In this document: piece by piece, positions 8,941 to 19,118 of the stretch
Numbering within the stretch: the stretch's first letter is position 1
Layout of the letters: every line of letters begins with the position of its first letter
Assembly (NCBI GenBank): GCA_965221695.1
Contig: OZ244905.1
Coordinates: 3,424,001-3,488,000 of the forward strand
Direction: 5' to 3'
DNA from: Gammaproteobacteria bacterium
GTDB lineage: Bacteria > Pseudomonadota > Gammaproteobacteria > Eutrophobiales > Eutrophobiaceae
DNA length: 64,000 nucleotides
The notes under the pieces: generated by a model
The model's database searches: none
What the model saw: the letters and a program-made list of their open reading frames with translations, nothing else
Told to the model about the DNA's origin: nothing
Program-made: the position numbers and the translations under genes

Positions 8941-11013
8941 ATGCGAATAGCAAGCGATACCGGCGGCACTTTTACCGACCTCATTGTTGAAGATGACAAC
9001 GGCGCGGTGCGTTTATATAAATCCGCGACCGTGCCGGATGATCCGGCCGCAGGTGTGCTTGCCGGGTTGCAGCTTACCGCTGAAGATTATGCTTGCAGCC
9101 TTGCCGAACTGCTGGACCGTTGTGAACTTATCATTTATGGCACCACCCATGCGATCAACGCGGTTATCACCGGCCGTACCGCGAAAACCGCTTTTCTGGT
9201 CACCCGCGGGCATCCGGACATCCTGACCTTGCGCGAAGGGGGACGGATTGAGCCTTTCAATCACTCCGTGCCTTATCCCAAGCCTTATGTCCCCCGTTCC
9301 CTTACCTTTGAAGTCGACGGCCGTATTGATGCACAGGGAGACATCGTAATCCCGTTGGATGAGAAACGGGTGCTGGAGATAGCCGGCAGGCTGAAGCAGG
9401 AGCAAGTGGAGGCCATTGCCATCTGCCTGCTCTGGTCCATCGTCAACCCGGAGCATGAAAACCGGGTCGCGGCAATCCTGTCCGAACAGTTGCCCCAGGC
9501 GCCGATTACCATTTCCCACCGGCTCAACCCGACCATGCGCGAATATCGGCGCGCCTCTGCAACCGTCATCGATGCCTCGCTGAAACCCGTCATGAGCCGG
9601 TATCTCGGCGGACTGGAGCAACGACTCCGGAAAGCGGGTTTCAACGGCCGCCTGCTGGTACTGACGTCCCAGGGCGGCGCGATGGATGCGACGGATGTCG
9701 GCGCTGCTCCTATCCATGCCATCAACTCCGGCCCCTCAATGGCGCCGGTGGCAGGAAAACATTACGGGCGCAGCGCTGGCCACGAAGGACCTCTTATCGT
9801 CGCCGATACCGGCGGCACAACCTATGATGTGAGCCTGGTGCGCGGCGATACTATTCCATGGACCAGGGAGACCTGGATAGGTGAGCCATACCGGGGGCAC
9901 ATGACCGGGTTTCCTTCCATCGACATCCGCAGCGTGGGCGCCGGGGGAGGCTCTATAGCCTGGGTTGATGACGGTGGCGTGCTGCATGTGGGGCCGCAGA
10001 GCGCCGGCGCGGTACCCGGGCCGGTCTGTTACGACCAGGGCGGAGAACTGCCTACGGTAACCGATACCGCGCTGCTCCTGGGCTATCTGGATGCGGATTT
10101 CTTCCTCGGTGGCGCGATGCCGTTAAACGCAGACAGGGCGCGCCACGCGATCAGCGCCCATGTGGCGCAGAAGTTGGAATGCGATGTTGTGTCGGCTGCC
10201 CGGTCCGTCATTGATGTCGTCACTGAAAATATGGTTCAGGCGATCGAGTCCATCGCCATCAACCAGGGCATCGACCCGGCCGAATCCCTGCTCATCGGCG
10301 GCGGTGGCGCGGCGGGACTGAACTCCGTATTTGTGGCCCGGCGCCTGGGTTGCAGACAAGTGTGCTTCCCGGATGTGGGCGCCGCGCTCAGCGCCGCGGG
10401 CGCGCTGATCTCCGATCTCAGAAGTGAATATCGCACCATGCATTTTACGGTTTCAGACAATTTTGACTTTGATGGCGTAAACCGGGTCCTGAATGACCTC
10501 AGGCAACAGGCGGAACAGTTTATCGCCGGCGCCGGCGCGGGATCGGCCGGTACCATCAGGTTCAGCGCCGAGGCCCGTTATCCCAGCCAGGTTTGGGAAA
10601 TCGAAACGCCGCTTGCTGCGGGCAGTTTCAGTTCAGATGCGGATGTTCAACGGCTGGTTGAAGAGTTTCACCGGGTACATCGTGAAATCTTTTCCTATGC
10701 CGATATCGGTTCCGGTATTGAAATAGTGAGCTGGTGCGCGAACGTCAACTGCCGGCTGCGCGCAGATGAAATAGGGGCGCTCTCCTCGGGATCGGGGCCG
10801 GGAACTCAGGCCATCAAACAGCGCCAGGTTTATTTGCCCGCGCGCGCAGCAGACTCGATCCAGGTATTGAATTTTACCGACATCGAAATCGAACAACCCG
10901 TTGCCGGCCCAGCCATCGTTGAGACACCCCATACCTCCATCGTTATCGACCATGAGTCCCGGTTTGTCAGGACAGCATCCGGCAATCTCCTGGTAAATCT
11001 GTCGCTTGAATAA
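8941..11013 (+). CDS. Hydantoinase A/oxoprolinase family ATP-binding subunit
   Basis: DTGGTFTD, GTTHAIN, REYRR, SGP, DTGGTTYDV, GAGGGSIA, VGPQSAGAVPGP, PTVTD, GGAAG. Confidence 0.93.
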   Translation: MRIASDTGGTFTDLIVEDDNGAVRLYKSATVPDDPAAGVLAGLQLTAEDYACSLAELLDRCELIIYGTTHAINAVITGRTAKTAFLVTRGHPDILTLREGGRIEPFNHSVPYPKPYVPRSLTFEVDGRIDAQGDIVIPLDEKRVLEIAGRLKQEQVEAIAICLLWSIVNPEHENRVAAILSEQLPQAPITISHRLNPTMREYRRASATVIDASLKPVMSRYLGGLEQRLRKAGFNGRLLVLTSQGGAMDATDVGAAPIHAINSGPSMAPVAGKHYGRSAGHEGPLIVADTGGTTYDVSLVRGDTIPWTRETWIGEPYRGHMTGFPSIDIRSVGAGGGSIAWVDDGGVLHVGPQSAGAVPGPVCYDQGGELPTVTDTALLLGYLDADFFLGGAMPLNADRARHAISAHVAQKLECDVVSAARSVIDVVTENMVQAIESIAINQGIDPAESLLIGGGGAAGLNSVFVARRLGCRQVCFPDVGAALSAAGALISDLRSEYRTMHFTVSDNFDFDGVNRVLNDLRQQAEQFIAGAGAGSAGTIRFSAEARYPSQVWEIETPLAAGSFSSDADVQRLVEEFHRVHREIFSYADIGSGIEIVSWCANVNCRLRADEIGALSSGSGPGTQAIKQRQVYLPARAADSIQVLNFTDIEIEQPVAGPAIVETPHTSIVIDHESRFVRTASGNLLVNLSLE

Positions 11014-11025
11014 GGTCAAGAAATC

Positions 11026-12798
11026 ATGAATATGAAAAAAAGAAATCAGGACCCGGATGGCGCCAGGTTAGCCGTGATCAGCCGCCGGCTCGAAGGTGTT
11101 GCCGGAAAAATGACCAACACGCTATTGCGCACTGGCCGCTCGGGCGTGCTTAATCGCGCCAGGGATTTTTCATGCTGTATTGTTACCGCAAACAATGAGT
11201 TGCTGGCTGCGGCCGAGAGCTTGCCAATTCATGTGTTATGCGGCCCGGACATGATGGCACGTTGCATGCTTGAACATCATCCGGACCTCAGGGCCGGAGA
11301 TGCGTTCCTGCATAACTCACCTTACCACGGTTGCAGCCATCCGGCGGATCACACGGCGCTTGTACCGGTGCTGGATGACCGCGGAGTCCACCGCTTCACC
11401 GTATTGGCCAAGGCCCACCAGGCTGACATCGGCAATTCCGTGCCGACCACCTACCATGCGGCTGCAAAAGATGTCTACGAAGAAGGCGCATTGATCTTCC
11501 CCGCAGTGAAGGTTGAACAGGAGTACCAGCCCGTGAATGACATTGTGCGCATGTGCCGGATGCGCATACGCCTGCCTGAGCAATGGTACGGTGATTACCT
11601 GGCGATGATCGGCGCCGCGCGTATCGGTGAGCGGGAACTGCTTGCGCTGGGCGCTGAAATTGGTTGGGATACGCTGGAATCCTATACGCGCCAATGGTTC
11701 GACTACAGCGAACAGCGGATGATCCGGGCGCTGCGCGCGTTGCCTGCGGGAACCGCTGAGACAAAGAGCGCACATGACGCGTTTCCGGGCACACCCGAAC
11801 AGGGAATCGAAGTGGTGTCGAAGGTGGCTGTTGACCCCCAGGCTGCGCGCGTCTGTGTTGACCTCACCGATAACCCGGATTGTCTGCCCTGCGGTCTCAA
11901 CCTGTCGGAGGCCTGCAGCCGATCGGCTGCCTATATCGGGGTATTCAACAGCATCGACCACACCATACCGAAGAATGCCGGGAGCTTCCGGCGTATTGAT
12001 GTCAAGCTGAGGGAAAATTGCGTCGTCGGTATACCCGTTCATCCCACGAGCTGCTCCGCCGCCACTACCAATGTCGCAGACCGGGTCGCAAACAGTACCC
12101 AGCGCGCCTTTGCGGAGATTGCCGATGGCATAGGAATGGCGGAATGCGGCGCGGTTATCCCTCCGTCCGCGGGCGTGGTATCCGGTATTGATCCGCGCAA
12201 CGGCAATGCTTATGTCAACCAGGTTTTCCTGGGATTTTCCGGTGGCGCCGCGGGACCCGAAACCGATGCCTGGATCACCGTCGGGCATGTGGGTAATGCC
12301 GGTATGTGTTACCAGGACAGCGTGGAGCTTGTTGAACTCTACCATCCGATCAGGGTTCGGGCGCGCCACTTCATCGCTGACTCCGAAGGCGCAGGCCGTA
12401 GCATCGGCGCGCCCGGCGTCAGGGTGGAATTCGGACCGGCCGGCAACGACATGGAGATCGGCTATGTCAGCGACGGCGCCGTCAACGCGCCATTGGGGGT
12501 GCGCGGAGGACTCAGTGGTTGCCCGTCAGACCAGTACGTAGAACATGCCGACGGCAGCGCCAGCGCCTTGCCCGCTTGCGCCCAGGAGATCATCAGCGAC
12601 GGTGACACGCTGATCTCCATATCCTGCGGTGGTGGCGGTTATGGCGAACCCCGGCGGCGCGATCCGGACAAGGTCGCGGAAAATGTCAGGGACGGCTGGA
12701 TAACGGTTGGCAGGGCTCGGGAAATCTACAAGGTGGCCATCGACGCCTCCGGCAATGTCGATATCAATGCCACGGAGATGCTCAGGGCAGACGGATAG
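11026..12798 (+). CDS. Hydantoinase B/oxoprolinase family subunit
   Basis: RDFSC, HNSPYHGCSHPAD, AHQADIG, EEG, GGGGYG. Directly follows the A subunit. Confidence 0.93.
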   Translation: MNMKKRNQDPDGARLAVISRRLEGVAGKMTNTLLRTGRSGVLNRARDFSCCIVTANNELLAAAESLPIHVLCGPDMMARCMLEHHPDLRAGDAFLHNSPYHGCSHPADHTALVPVLDDRGVHRFTVLAKAHQADIGNSVPTTYHAAAKDVYEEGALIFPAVKVEQEYQPVNDIVRMCRMRIRLPEQWYGDYLAMIGAARIGERELLALGAEIGWDTLESYTRQWFDYSEQRMIRALRALPAGTAETKSAHDAFPGTPEQGIEVVSKVAVDPQAARVCVDLTDNPDCLPCGLNLSEACSRSAAYIGVFNSIDHTIPKNAGSFRRIDVKLRENCVVGIPVHPTSCSAATTNVADRVANSTQRAFAEIADGIGMAECGAVIPPSAGVVSGIDPRNGNAYVNQVFLGFSGGAAGPETDAWITVGHVGNAGMCYQDSVELVELYHPIRVRARHFIADSEGAGRSIGAPGVRVEFGPAGNDMEIGYVSDGAVNAPLGVRGGLSGCPSDQYVEHADGSASALPACAQEIISDGDTLISISCGGGGYGEPRRRDPDKVAENVRDGWITVGRAREIYKVAIDASGNVDINATEMLRADG

Positions 12799-12827
12799 CC
12801 AAACAGACTTGGCAGCTCAACCCCATC

Positions 12828-13823
12828 TTAATGCCATACTTGCGCGCAGATGCGCAGGTAGTTCTCTCCGAGTATCTTGCGTATGCCCTGCTCACCGTAG
12901 CCAGCCTTCAGCATTTGCTCTGTCAATGGCAGCACGGTTTCAGGTATTGCCGTATTGATGCCGGGCCAGTCAGGATCAGCGGCTTCCGGCCACTCATCCG
13001 GCCGGTCACGCATGTAGTCGTTGACAATTCCCGCATCGAACAGGTAATCGAGCCCCAGTCCGGCATGTTCCGGGCCCACCAGTTGCACGATGTGGTCCAG
13101 GTGACTGAACAGGGTCTCGGCCCGGCATTCCCGGTCGCCGTGGTACATGCTGCTGCTGGGTATGCCGAGGAGTCCCCCGGTGGCCGCACAGGCGCGGATT
13201 TCCTCGTCACTGATATTGCGGGGATGTTCGAATACGGCTTTCACGTTGCAGTGGGTATAAAGGCAGGGTTGTGCGGAAATTTCGATTGCCTCCATGGCTG
13301 TGCGATGACCGACATGACTCAGATCCAGCAACATGCCTACCCGTTCAAATTCGCGGATCAAGCTCTTGCCATGTCCGGTTAAACCGCCATCATTTTCATC
13401 CATCGCGCCGCCGCCTGCGCTATTGGCATTGTTAAATGCCAGGATGGCCTGTCGAATACCCAGCTTGTAGTAGACTTCCACCATATCCAGGTTGCGCTCG
13501 AAACAGCGTGACCCTTCGAAGTGCAGCAGGACGCCTAGCTTGTCCGTGGCGATGGCGCTGCGAATATCTGCTACCGATTCGCATAATAACACGTGGTCCA
13601 TCGCCAGCAGTTCGCGCCGCGCCTTTGCAATCTTCTGCACCGCCTCGGAAATATTCTCATTGTCGCCGGCGATGGTGGCGGAGATCACATTGAAACCGGC
13701 GGCCTTGAATCGTTCCAGCTTGTCAAAGCCGTTCCCGGCCCAAGGCTCCCAGGGCCAGACCATGTCCCAGACAACAGCATCGTCGTAAAGCTGCTGCGCC
13801 GCGCCGCTGTACTCAGCGCTCAT
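12828..13823 (-). CDS. Membrane (renal-type) dipeptidase, peptidase M19 family
   Basis: HFEG, GLTGHG, LDLSHVG, THCN, HPRNISDE, GLGLD, KILGENYLR. Confidence 0.88.
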   Translation of the reverse strand: MSAEYSGAAQQLYDDAVVWDMVWPWEPWAGNGFDKLERFKAAGFNVISATIAGDNENISEAVQKIAKARRELLAMDHVLLCESVADIRSAIATDKLGVLLHFEGSRCFERNLDMVEVYYKLGIRQAILAFNNANSAGGGAMDENDGGLTGHGKSLIREFERVGMLLDLSHVGHRTAMEAIEISAQPCLYTHCNVKAVFEHPRNISDEEIRACAATGGLLGIPSSSMYHGDRECRAETLFSHLDHIVQLVGPEHAGLGLDYLFDAGIVNDYMRDRPDEWPEAADPDWPGINTAIPETVLPLTEQMLKAGYGEQGIRKILGENYLRICAQVWH

Positions 13824-13839
13824 ATATCAGATATTCAGG

Positions 13840-16047
13840 CTAGAAACTGTAGCTGATACTGCCGCCGAACCAGCGCGGCCTGTTGTAACCTGCCTCGGTC
13901 CAGCCGACGAAGTCAGACGCGTCAAACCCTACCGTGCGATGCCTCTCATCCGTCAGGTTCTTGCCGTAGAAGGCGACTTCCCAGTGCTCGTCGGCGCTCA
14001 GCCAGCTTACCCGCGCGCCCAGCAGTGTATGGTCATCCGAGTACGTGGAGCTGAAGTTGGAAACCGAGAAGTAAAAATCGCTGTTGTGCTGTATGTCGCC
14101 CTGAATGGTCAGCCTGCCGTTTGCCAGCGGGAAACTTTGCCGGGCCACTGCGAACACGGTCCATTCGCTGTTGAACGGCGGCTTGCGATCGGCAATGGCG
14201 GCGCCCGCGGCGTTGGATACCAGCACATCCTTAATCTCGAAATCCGTGTAGGCGACGCCGATACGGATATCAGTCATATCTGTCGGGCTGAAGTTGAGGA
14301 CGATTTCTCCGCCGATGGCATCCGCCTCGTTGTTAGTCGTGACCGTCGCAAAGTTCTCGAATTTGAAAGACTGGTAATCCTCGTAATCATAATAAAAGAC
14401 TGAACCGTTCAACTGGGCGCGGCCATTCATCAGCGTCAGCTTGGCGCCAAGCTCGAAGGCATCCAGTTTCTCTTCGTCATAGGGCACTTCGTTATCGGGT
14501 GGGGTGGCGCCGCCGGCGAATGGCGCGTTATAGCTGCCCGCCTTGGTGCCGCGGTTGTACCCGGCATACAGCAACATGTCATCATTGGGCCGAAATTCCG
14601 CCTGCAGTTTCCAGGTATACAACCAGTCGCCGCGCGCGTCTTCATAAGTGCGGAGGCCGGGTACTAGCAACGCGTAATCGGGTGGCAAGCTTAATACATC
14701 AGCCCGGTATACATAGTCCTTTTCCTCCCGAGTGGCGCGGAAACCACCGACCAGCGTCACCTGTTCGGAAATATCGTATTCCATTTGGCCGAACAGCGAG
14801 TAGCTGTCGGTATCCAGTTGTGTGGGAGCGTTGGTGGTGATGCCGCCCAGGGTATACAGTTCCTGGTAGGCCTGATGCTCGTTGGCTTCAAGACTCAGGT
14901 AGTAAAAACCCGTGGTCAGACGCGAGCGTTCTGATTCCATATACAAGCGCAACTCCTGGGACACCGTTTCTATGCGGGCTTTCGAGTCAGAGGTAATCGT
15001 GTCATTGGGGCCGGCGTCGTTATCCAGTATCAGGCGAAAGGTCGTGCGGTGGAAGTCGGTTACCGAGGTCAGTTCGGCCCAGTCAAGATCGATATCAATG
15101 CGGGCGGTGGCGCCGCCGACACGGTAGTAACCCCCGTCATTGCGGGCCTGGTTCGCATTGATTTCCAGGTCGTTTACGTTTGAACGCGGGGAAGAAGCAA
15201 ATACCGGGGCGACATCGGGCAAACCCGTGTCGACGGAATCAGGTATGCCGTCGGCGCCGATAACACTCATCGTGGGATAGGAGAGATAAGGTCCCCAGCT
15301 CTGGTCCACATCGTTGTAGCTGCCGGTCAGGAGGATGTCAATATCTTCGTTGGGTTGAAAGGCCAGGTGGGCGCGCACACCGTATGTTTCATGTCCGCCG
15401 AGGTCTTCACCCACGGGATGCAGGTTCTTTACCCAGCCGTTCTGTGTATCGAATATGCCGGCTATCCGCCCTTGTACATTATCAGACAGGGCCCCACCGA
15501 TGGCTGCCTCAACCTTGACGCTGTCGTATGAACCGTATCCGGCCCGAAGGTAACCCTCGGTTTCTTCCGTCGGCTTGCGTGAACTGATGCTCACCAATCC
15601 GCCGGTAGCGTTGCGTCCGAATAAGGTGCCCTGCGGCCCTTTCAGCACCTCGACGCGTTCCAGGTCGAACAGACCCACGCCGGCCGCATTGTTCGCGGCC
15701 AGGTAGCCTTCATCCATGTACACCGCCACCGGCGGTTCGGCTTGAAAGGCAAAGTCCTGTTGGGTGACGCCCCTGATCGCGAATGTCGTGGACTGGCCGG
15801 CAAAACTGCCTGCCAGGTTGACCCCCGGTGTTACCAGCGCGATATCCGGCGCCGTTTCCAGCCCCAGCCTGTCTATGGTATCACCGCTGATGGCAGTCAG
15901 CGTAATGGCCACGTCATCGGCGCTCTGGGCGCGTTTCTGCGCGGTAACGATTACCTCTTCCAGCGCGCTCTGTGACCAGGCCGTCGTGAAGAATACAATC
16001 GTCGTGATTACAGCAAGTGAGCGTATAATCAGTATCTGGTTTTTCAT
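13840..16047 (-). CDS. TonB-dependent outer membrane receptor
   Basis: Signal peptide, LEEVIVTAQKR TonB box, ERVEVLKGPQGTLFGRNATGG plug motif, C-terminal Phe. Confidence 0.95.
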   Translation of the reverse strand: MKNQILIIRSLAVITTIVFFTTAWSQSALEEVIVTAQKRAQSADDVAITLTAISGDTIDRLGLETAPDIALVTPGVNLAGSFAGQSTTFAIRGVTQQDFAFQAEPPVAVYMDEGYLAANNAAGVGLFDLERVEVLKGPQGTLFGRNATGGLVSISSRKPTEETEGYLRAGYGSYDSVKVEAAIGGALSDNVQGRIAGIFDTQNGWVKNLHPVGEDLGGHETYGVRAHLAFQPNEDIDILLTGSYNDVDQSWGPYLSYPTMSVIGADGIPDSVDTGLPDVAPVFASSPRSNVNDLEINANQARNDGGYYRVGGATARIDIDLDWAELTSVTDFHRTTFRLILDNDAGPNDTITSDSKARIETVSQELRLYMESERSRLTTGFYYLSLEANEHQAYQELYTLGGITTNAPTQLDTDSYSLFGQMEYDISEQVTLVGGFRATREEKDYVYRADVLSLPPDYALLVPGLRTYEDARGDWLYTWKLQAEFRPNDDMLLYAGYNRGTKAGSYNAPFAGGATPPDNEVPYDEEKLDAFELGAKLTLMNGRAQLNGSVFYYDYEDYQSFKFENFATVTTNNEADAIGGEIVLNFSPTDMTDIRIGVAYTDFEIKDVLVSNAAGAAIADRKPPFNSEWTVFAVARQSFPLANGRLTIQGDIQHNSDFYFSVSNFSSTYSDDHTLLGARVSWLSADEHWEVAFYGKNLTDERHRTVGFDASDFVGWTEAGYNRPRWFGGSISYSF

Positions 16048-16085
16048 TTTACTCTCCCACGTAAGTTGTATCGATATAAACTGTT

Positions 16086-16122
16086 TTAGGGAACCTCTGA
16101 TTAAGTCTCAGAGCTTCCTTAG
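16086..16122. mobile_element. Minimal MITE-like element with 11-bp inverted ends and a TTAG direct repeat
   Basis: TTAG-GGAACCTCTGA-TTAAGTC-TCAGAGCTTCC-TTAG (10/11 IR match). Related ends occur at 31125, 44989, 49752, 49808 and 52128. Confidence 0.6.
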
Positions 16123-16134
16123 TTACCTTGGTTG

Positions 16135-17910
16135 TTACATAAAATAATTGTCCACGGGCGCCATTATGCTTTCCGACCCGGATTGCAGCACGGCCATGTG
16201 CCCGTGAATCATCGGAAGTACCCGCTGCATGAAAAAACGGGCGCTCAACAATTTGGATTTGTAAAATTCCCGGTTCTCCCCATTTGCCGCGCGGTCCAAG
16301 GCAATTGTCGCGATTTGCCCCCATACCCAGGCAAACAGCGTAAGACCGAAGATGCGCTGGTATTCCGTCCCCGAAGCCCCATAAATATCCGGGTCTTCCC
16401 CACCCCTGGTTTCCAGCCAGGATGTCGCCTGCTCCAGCAGACTCAAGGCCTGGGCCAGGGGTTCGGTAATTTCCGGCAGACCGGGATACCGTTTGACAAA
16501 TTCTGCGACATCGTTCACAAAAGACCGGTACGCGTTAGCCTGGCGGCCGAATACCCGTCTGAGCAACAGGTCCAGCGCCAGGATGCCGTTGGCCCCCTCC
16601 TGGATCTGGGCTAACCTGACATCCCTGACCAGTTGTTCCATGCCGTTGTCGCGCATATAACCATGACCACCAAAGATCTGCATACAGTCATTGCAGGCAT
16701 TGAAACCAAAATCGCTCATGATGGATTTGACTGCGGGCGTGAACAGGGCAAGCCGGTCAAGAGCCTGGCGTCGTCGTTCCTCGTTGGGGTGCCGCCAGGA
16801 TATATCGATCTCCAGCGCCAGCCATAAATACACGGCCCGCCCCACCTCCGTAAAGGCGCGGGTCGATAATAACATACGTCTCACGTCAGGGTGTACGATA
16901 ATGGGATCAGCCGGCTTGTCGGGATAGCGCGTGCCCGTCAGAGCCCTGCCCTGTAAACGCTCCATGGCATAGCCGGCGGCATTCTGGTAAGCTAGCTCGG
17001 CGGCGCACAAACCCTGGGACGCGGTCATCAGGCGCGCCAGGTTTACCATGACAAACATACAATTCAGTCCCTTGCCCTCGTCACCGATACGCCATGCTTG
17101 CGCGTTATCAAAGGCCATCTGGCAGGTTGCGGAGCCTTTGTAGCCCATCTTGTTTTCCAGTCGTACCGGGCTTATCGCATTCCGTTTGCCGCCGCTATCC
17201 GGCAACAGTTTCGGCGCCAGGAACAGGCTCAGTCCCTTCGGCCCCGGTTCTGCTCCCGCTACCCGGGCCAGCACGGTATGAACAATATTATCGGTCAGGT
17301 CGTGATCGCCACCGGAGATAAAAATCTTCGCGCCGTTCAGCAGGTAGCTGCCGTCAGACTGTGCTTCTGCCCGGGTTTTTATCAGACCGACATCGGTGCC
17401 GCAATGGGGTTCTGTCATACACATGGTAGCCGCGAGCGAACCGTCAGTCAGACCCGGCAGATAACGGGCCTGTAAATCCTGATCTGCATGTGTCCGCAAT
17501 AACAGGTAGGCCATTGCATTGAGGCCCGCATAATCACCGAAAGCGATGCTGGACGAGGAAATATATTCCTGTATCGCGAAGTAGATAAAACAGGGCAAGC
17601 CCAGTCCACCATGCTCCGGTTCGCATACCACTCCCGGCCAACCGGCCTCGGCAAAAGCCGTCCAGGCGACTTTAAGTTCGGCAGGTGTTGTCACCTGCCC
17701 ATTAGCCAGCCGGCAACCTTGCTCATCGAGCAGTTGGTTGATGGGATGGATCGCCGTTTCACAAAACCCGGCTGCGGCATTCAGAATCATCCGTAAGTCG
17801 CCCATATCCAGTTCAGCATAACCCTCCAGTTCCTGCAACAGCGTTTCCACCTGCAGCAGCTCCCTGAGCACAAAAGTCGTATCCTCTACGGGCGCCCGGT
17901 AACTCGGCAT
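16135..17910 (-). CDS. Acyl-CoA dehydrogenase (long ~590 aa type)
   Basis: TMCMTEPHCGTDVG, GAKIFISGGDHDLTDNIVH, ENKMG, QIFGGHGY, QIQEGANGILALDL. Confidence 0.93.
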   Translation of the reverse strand: MPSYRAPVEDTTFVLRELLQVETLLQELEGYAELDMGDLRMILNAAAGFCETAIHPINQLLDEQGCRLANGQVTTPAELKVAWTAFAEAGWPGVVCEPEHGGLGLPCFIYFAIQEYISSSSIAFGDYAGLNAMAYLLLRTHADQDLQARYLPGLTDGSLAATMCMTEPHCGTDVGLIKTRAEAQSDGSYLLNGAKIFISGGDHDLTDNIVHTVLARVAGAEPGPKGLSLFLAPKLLPDSGGKRNAISPVRLENKMGYKGSATCQMAFDNAQAWRIGDEGKGLNCMFVMVNLARLMTASQGLCAAELAYQNAAGYAMERLQGRALTGTRYPDKPADPIIVHPDVRRMLLSTRAFTEVGRAVYLWLALEIDISWRHPNEERRRQALDRLALFTPAVKSIMSDFGFNACNDCMQIFGGHGYMRDNGMEQLVRDVRLAQIQEGANGILALDLLLRRVFGRQANAYRSFVNDVAEFVKRYPGLPEITEPLAQALSLLEQATSWLETRGGEDPDIYGASGTEYQRIFGLTLFAWVWGQIATIALDRAANGENREFYKSKLLSARFFMQRVLPMIHGHMAVLQSGSESIMAPVDNYFM

Positions 17911-17915
17911 AATGC

Positions 17916-19079
17916 TTACCCGCTCTCCATCAGCAAGGCGTCGCGATTATATGCTCTGCCATATTGGACCTGGCTGACGGTATCGAAGAACTGCATGGGG
18001 TCAAAGCAAGCCTCCACCGGCCAGACCCCGGGCTTTCTGAGTACGCCGCTTCCCAGCGCCAGCGCGCCTGCAGCGAGGGCAGCCGCTGTGCTCAGCGGCT
18101 CTGCCAACCCCAGGTTGACGGTGATCTCTGCGCCATCTTTTTCTCCACTGGCAGCGGCCCATTGCATGTAGGCGGGCAACCCGGCAGGGGCAGATTTTTG
18201 CTCTTCAGGCAGGCGGCCTATCTCGCTAAACATCGCCGCGACCGCGGTTTGAATATCCGCATTACCCTGTTTGTATGTCTGCGCGTGACGGTAGACCGCT
18301 GCGTTCACGGCATCGGGCAGAAAGGCCATACAAACAGCGATCGAATCAGTATCCGGCAGGTGATCGCGCAGGGTCGCGGCCGTGGACATCGCTACCGGGT
18401 ACATCCAGGTCTCATCGTGTCCGGGCAGTTTTACTTTCCTGCGGCTTTGCATTGGATCAACGACATGCAAGGTGGCGTTTTCGACAACCTGAACCGGGTC
18501 GGCAAAGATTTCTATCATCGTCTGGTGCACGGCCAGTGGCCGTTGCCGCGTTGTTATTTCTTCCAGTGCTTTCTCATCCCCGGGGAAGTAAAGATCGGTG
18601 GCCACAACAAAACCGGTGGCAAGCGTCCGGCATCGGTGCAACTGGCGGGCAGCGTGCACGCCGAGCATTGTCGTGACGCCCGGGGTGGAACCCACCCCCA
18701 CCATCGCAGTACGGCCGGCCGTTTGTGCTGCCTTGTGCCGGGCAAAGGCCTTTTCTGCCGCTTCCACAGATTCGCTGATATCAACATAAGCAACACCGGC
18801 ATTAATCGCCGCGTCCAGCGTCGGTTCGATAAGTTCCTGGTAAAAGCCGGTTGCGTTGACCAGCACGTCGGAGCCGTTCAGCGCCTCGGTCAGGGCCGCG
18901 CTGTTGCCGGCGTCAATCCCGATTACTTCCGCTTTGGCGCCGATCTCCTCAGCCGGCGCCGCGAGCCTGTCGGTGTTGCGCGCCCCGAGAGCAACTGTCT
19001 TGACCCGCTCATCGGCGGCCAGCAGTTTTGCCGCGCCGCTGCCGTATGCGCCGCTTGCGCCCAGTACAAATACTTTCAT
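17916..19079 (-). CDS. Saccharopine dehydrogenase-like NAD(P)-dependent oxidoreductase
   Basis: LGASGAYG, VNATG, AAINAGVAYVDIS, GVGSTPGV, C-terminal PGVWPVE. Confidence 0.8.
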   Translation of the reverse strand: MKVFVLGASGAYGSGAAKLLAADERVKTVALGARNTDRLAAPAEEIGAKAEVIGIDAGNSAALTEALNGSDVLVNATGFYQELIEPTLDAAINAGVAYVDISESVEAAEKAFARHKAAQTAGRTAMVGVGSTPGVTTMLGVHAARQLHRCRTLATGFVVATDLYFPGDEKALEEITTRQRPLAVHQTMIEIFADPVQVVENATLHVVDPMQSRRKVKLPGHDETWMYPVAMSTAATLRDHLPDTDSIAVCMAFLPDAVNAAVYRHAQTYKQGNADIQTAVAAMFSEIGRLPEEQKSAPAGLPAYMQWAAASGEKDGAEITVNLGLAEPLSTAAALAAGALALGSGVLRKPGVWPVEACFDPMQFFDTVSQVQYGRAYNRDALLMESG

Positions 19080-19118
19080 TTTCGGTTGTTTGTTCCGGTC
19101 AGCAGGTTGTTCACAGTG

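Noticed and set aside
7995-16079. A single shared operator for the palindromes at 7995, 8013 and 16066 (TTGTATCGATATAA)
   Set aside because: The spacings and cores differ, and AT-rich promoter DNA gives such short palindromes easily.
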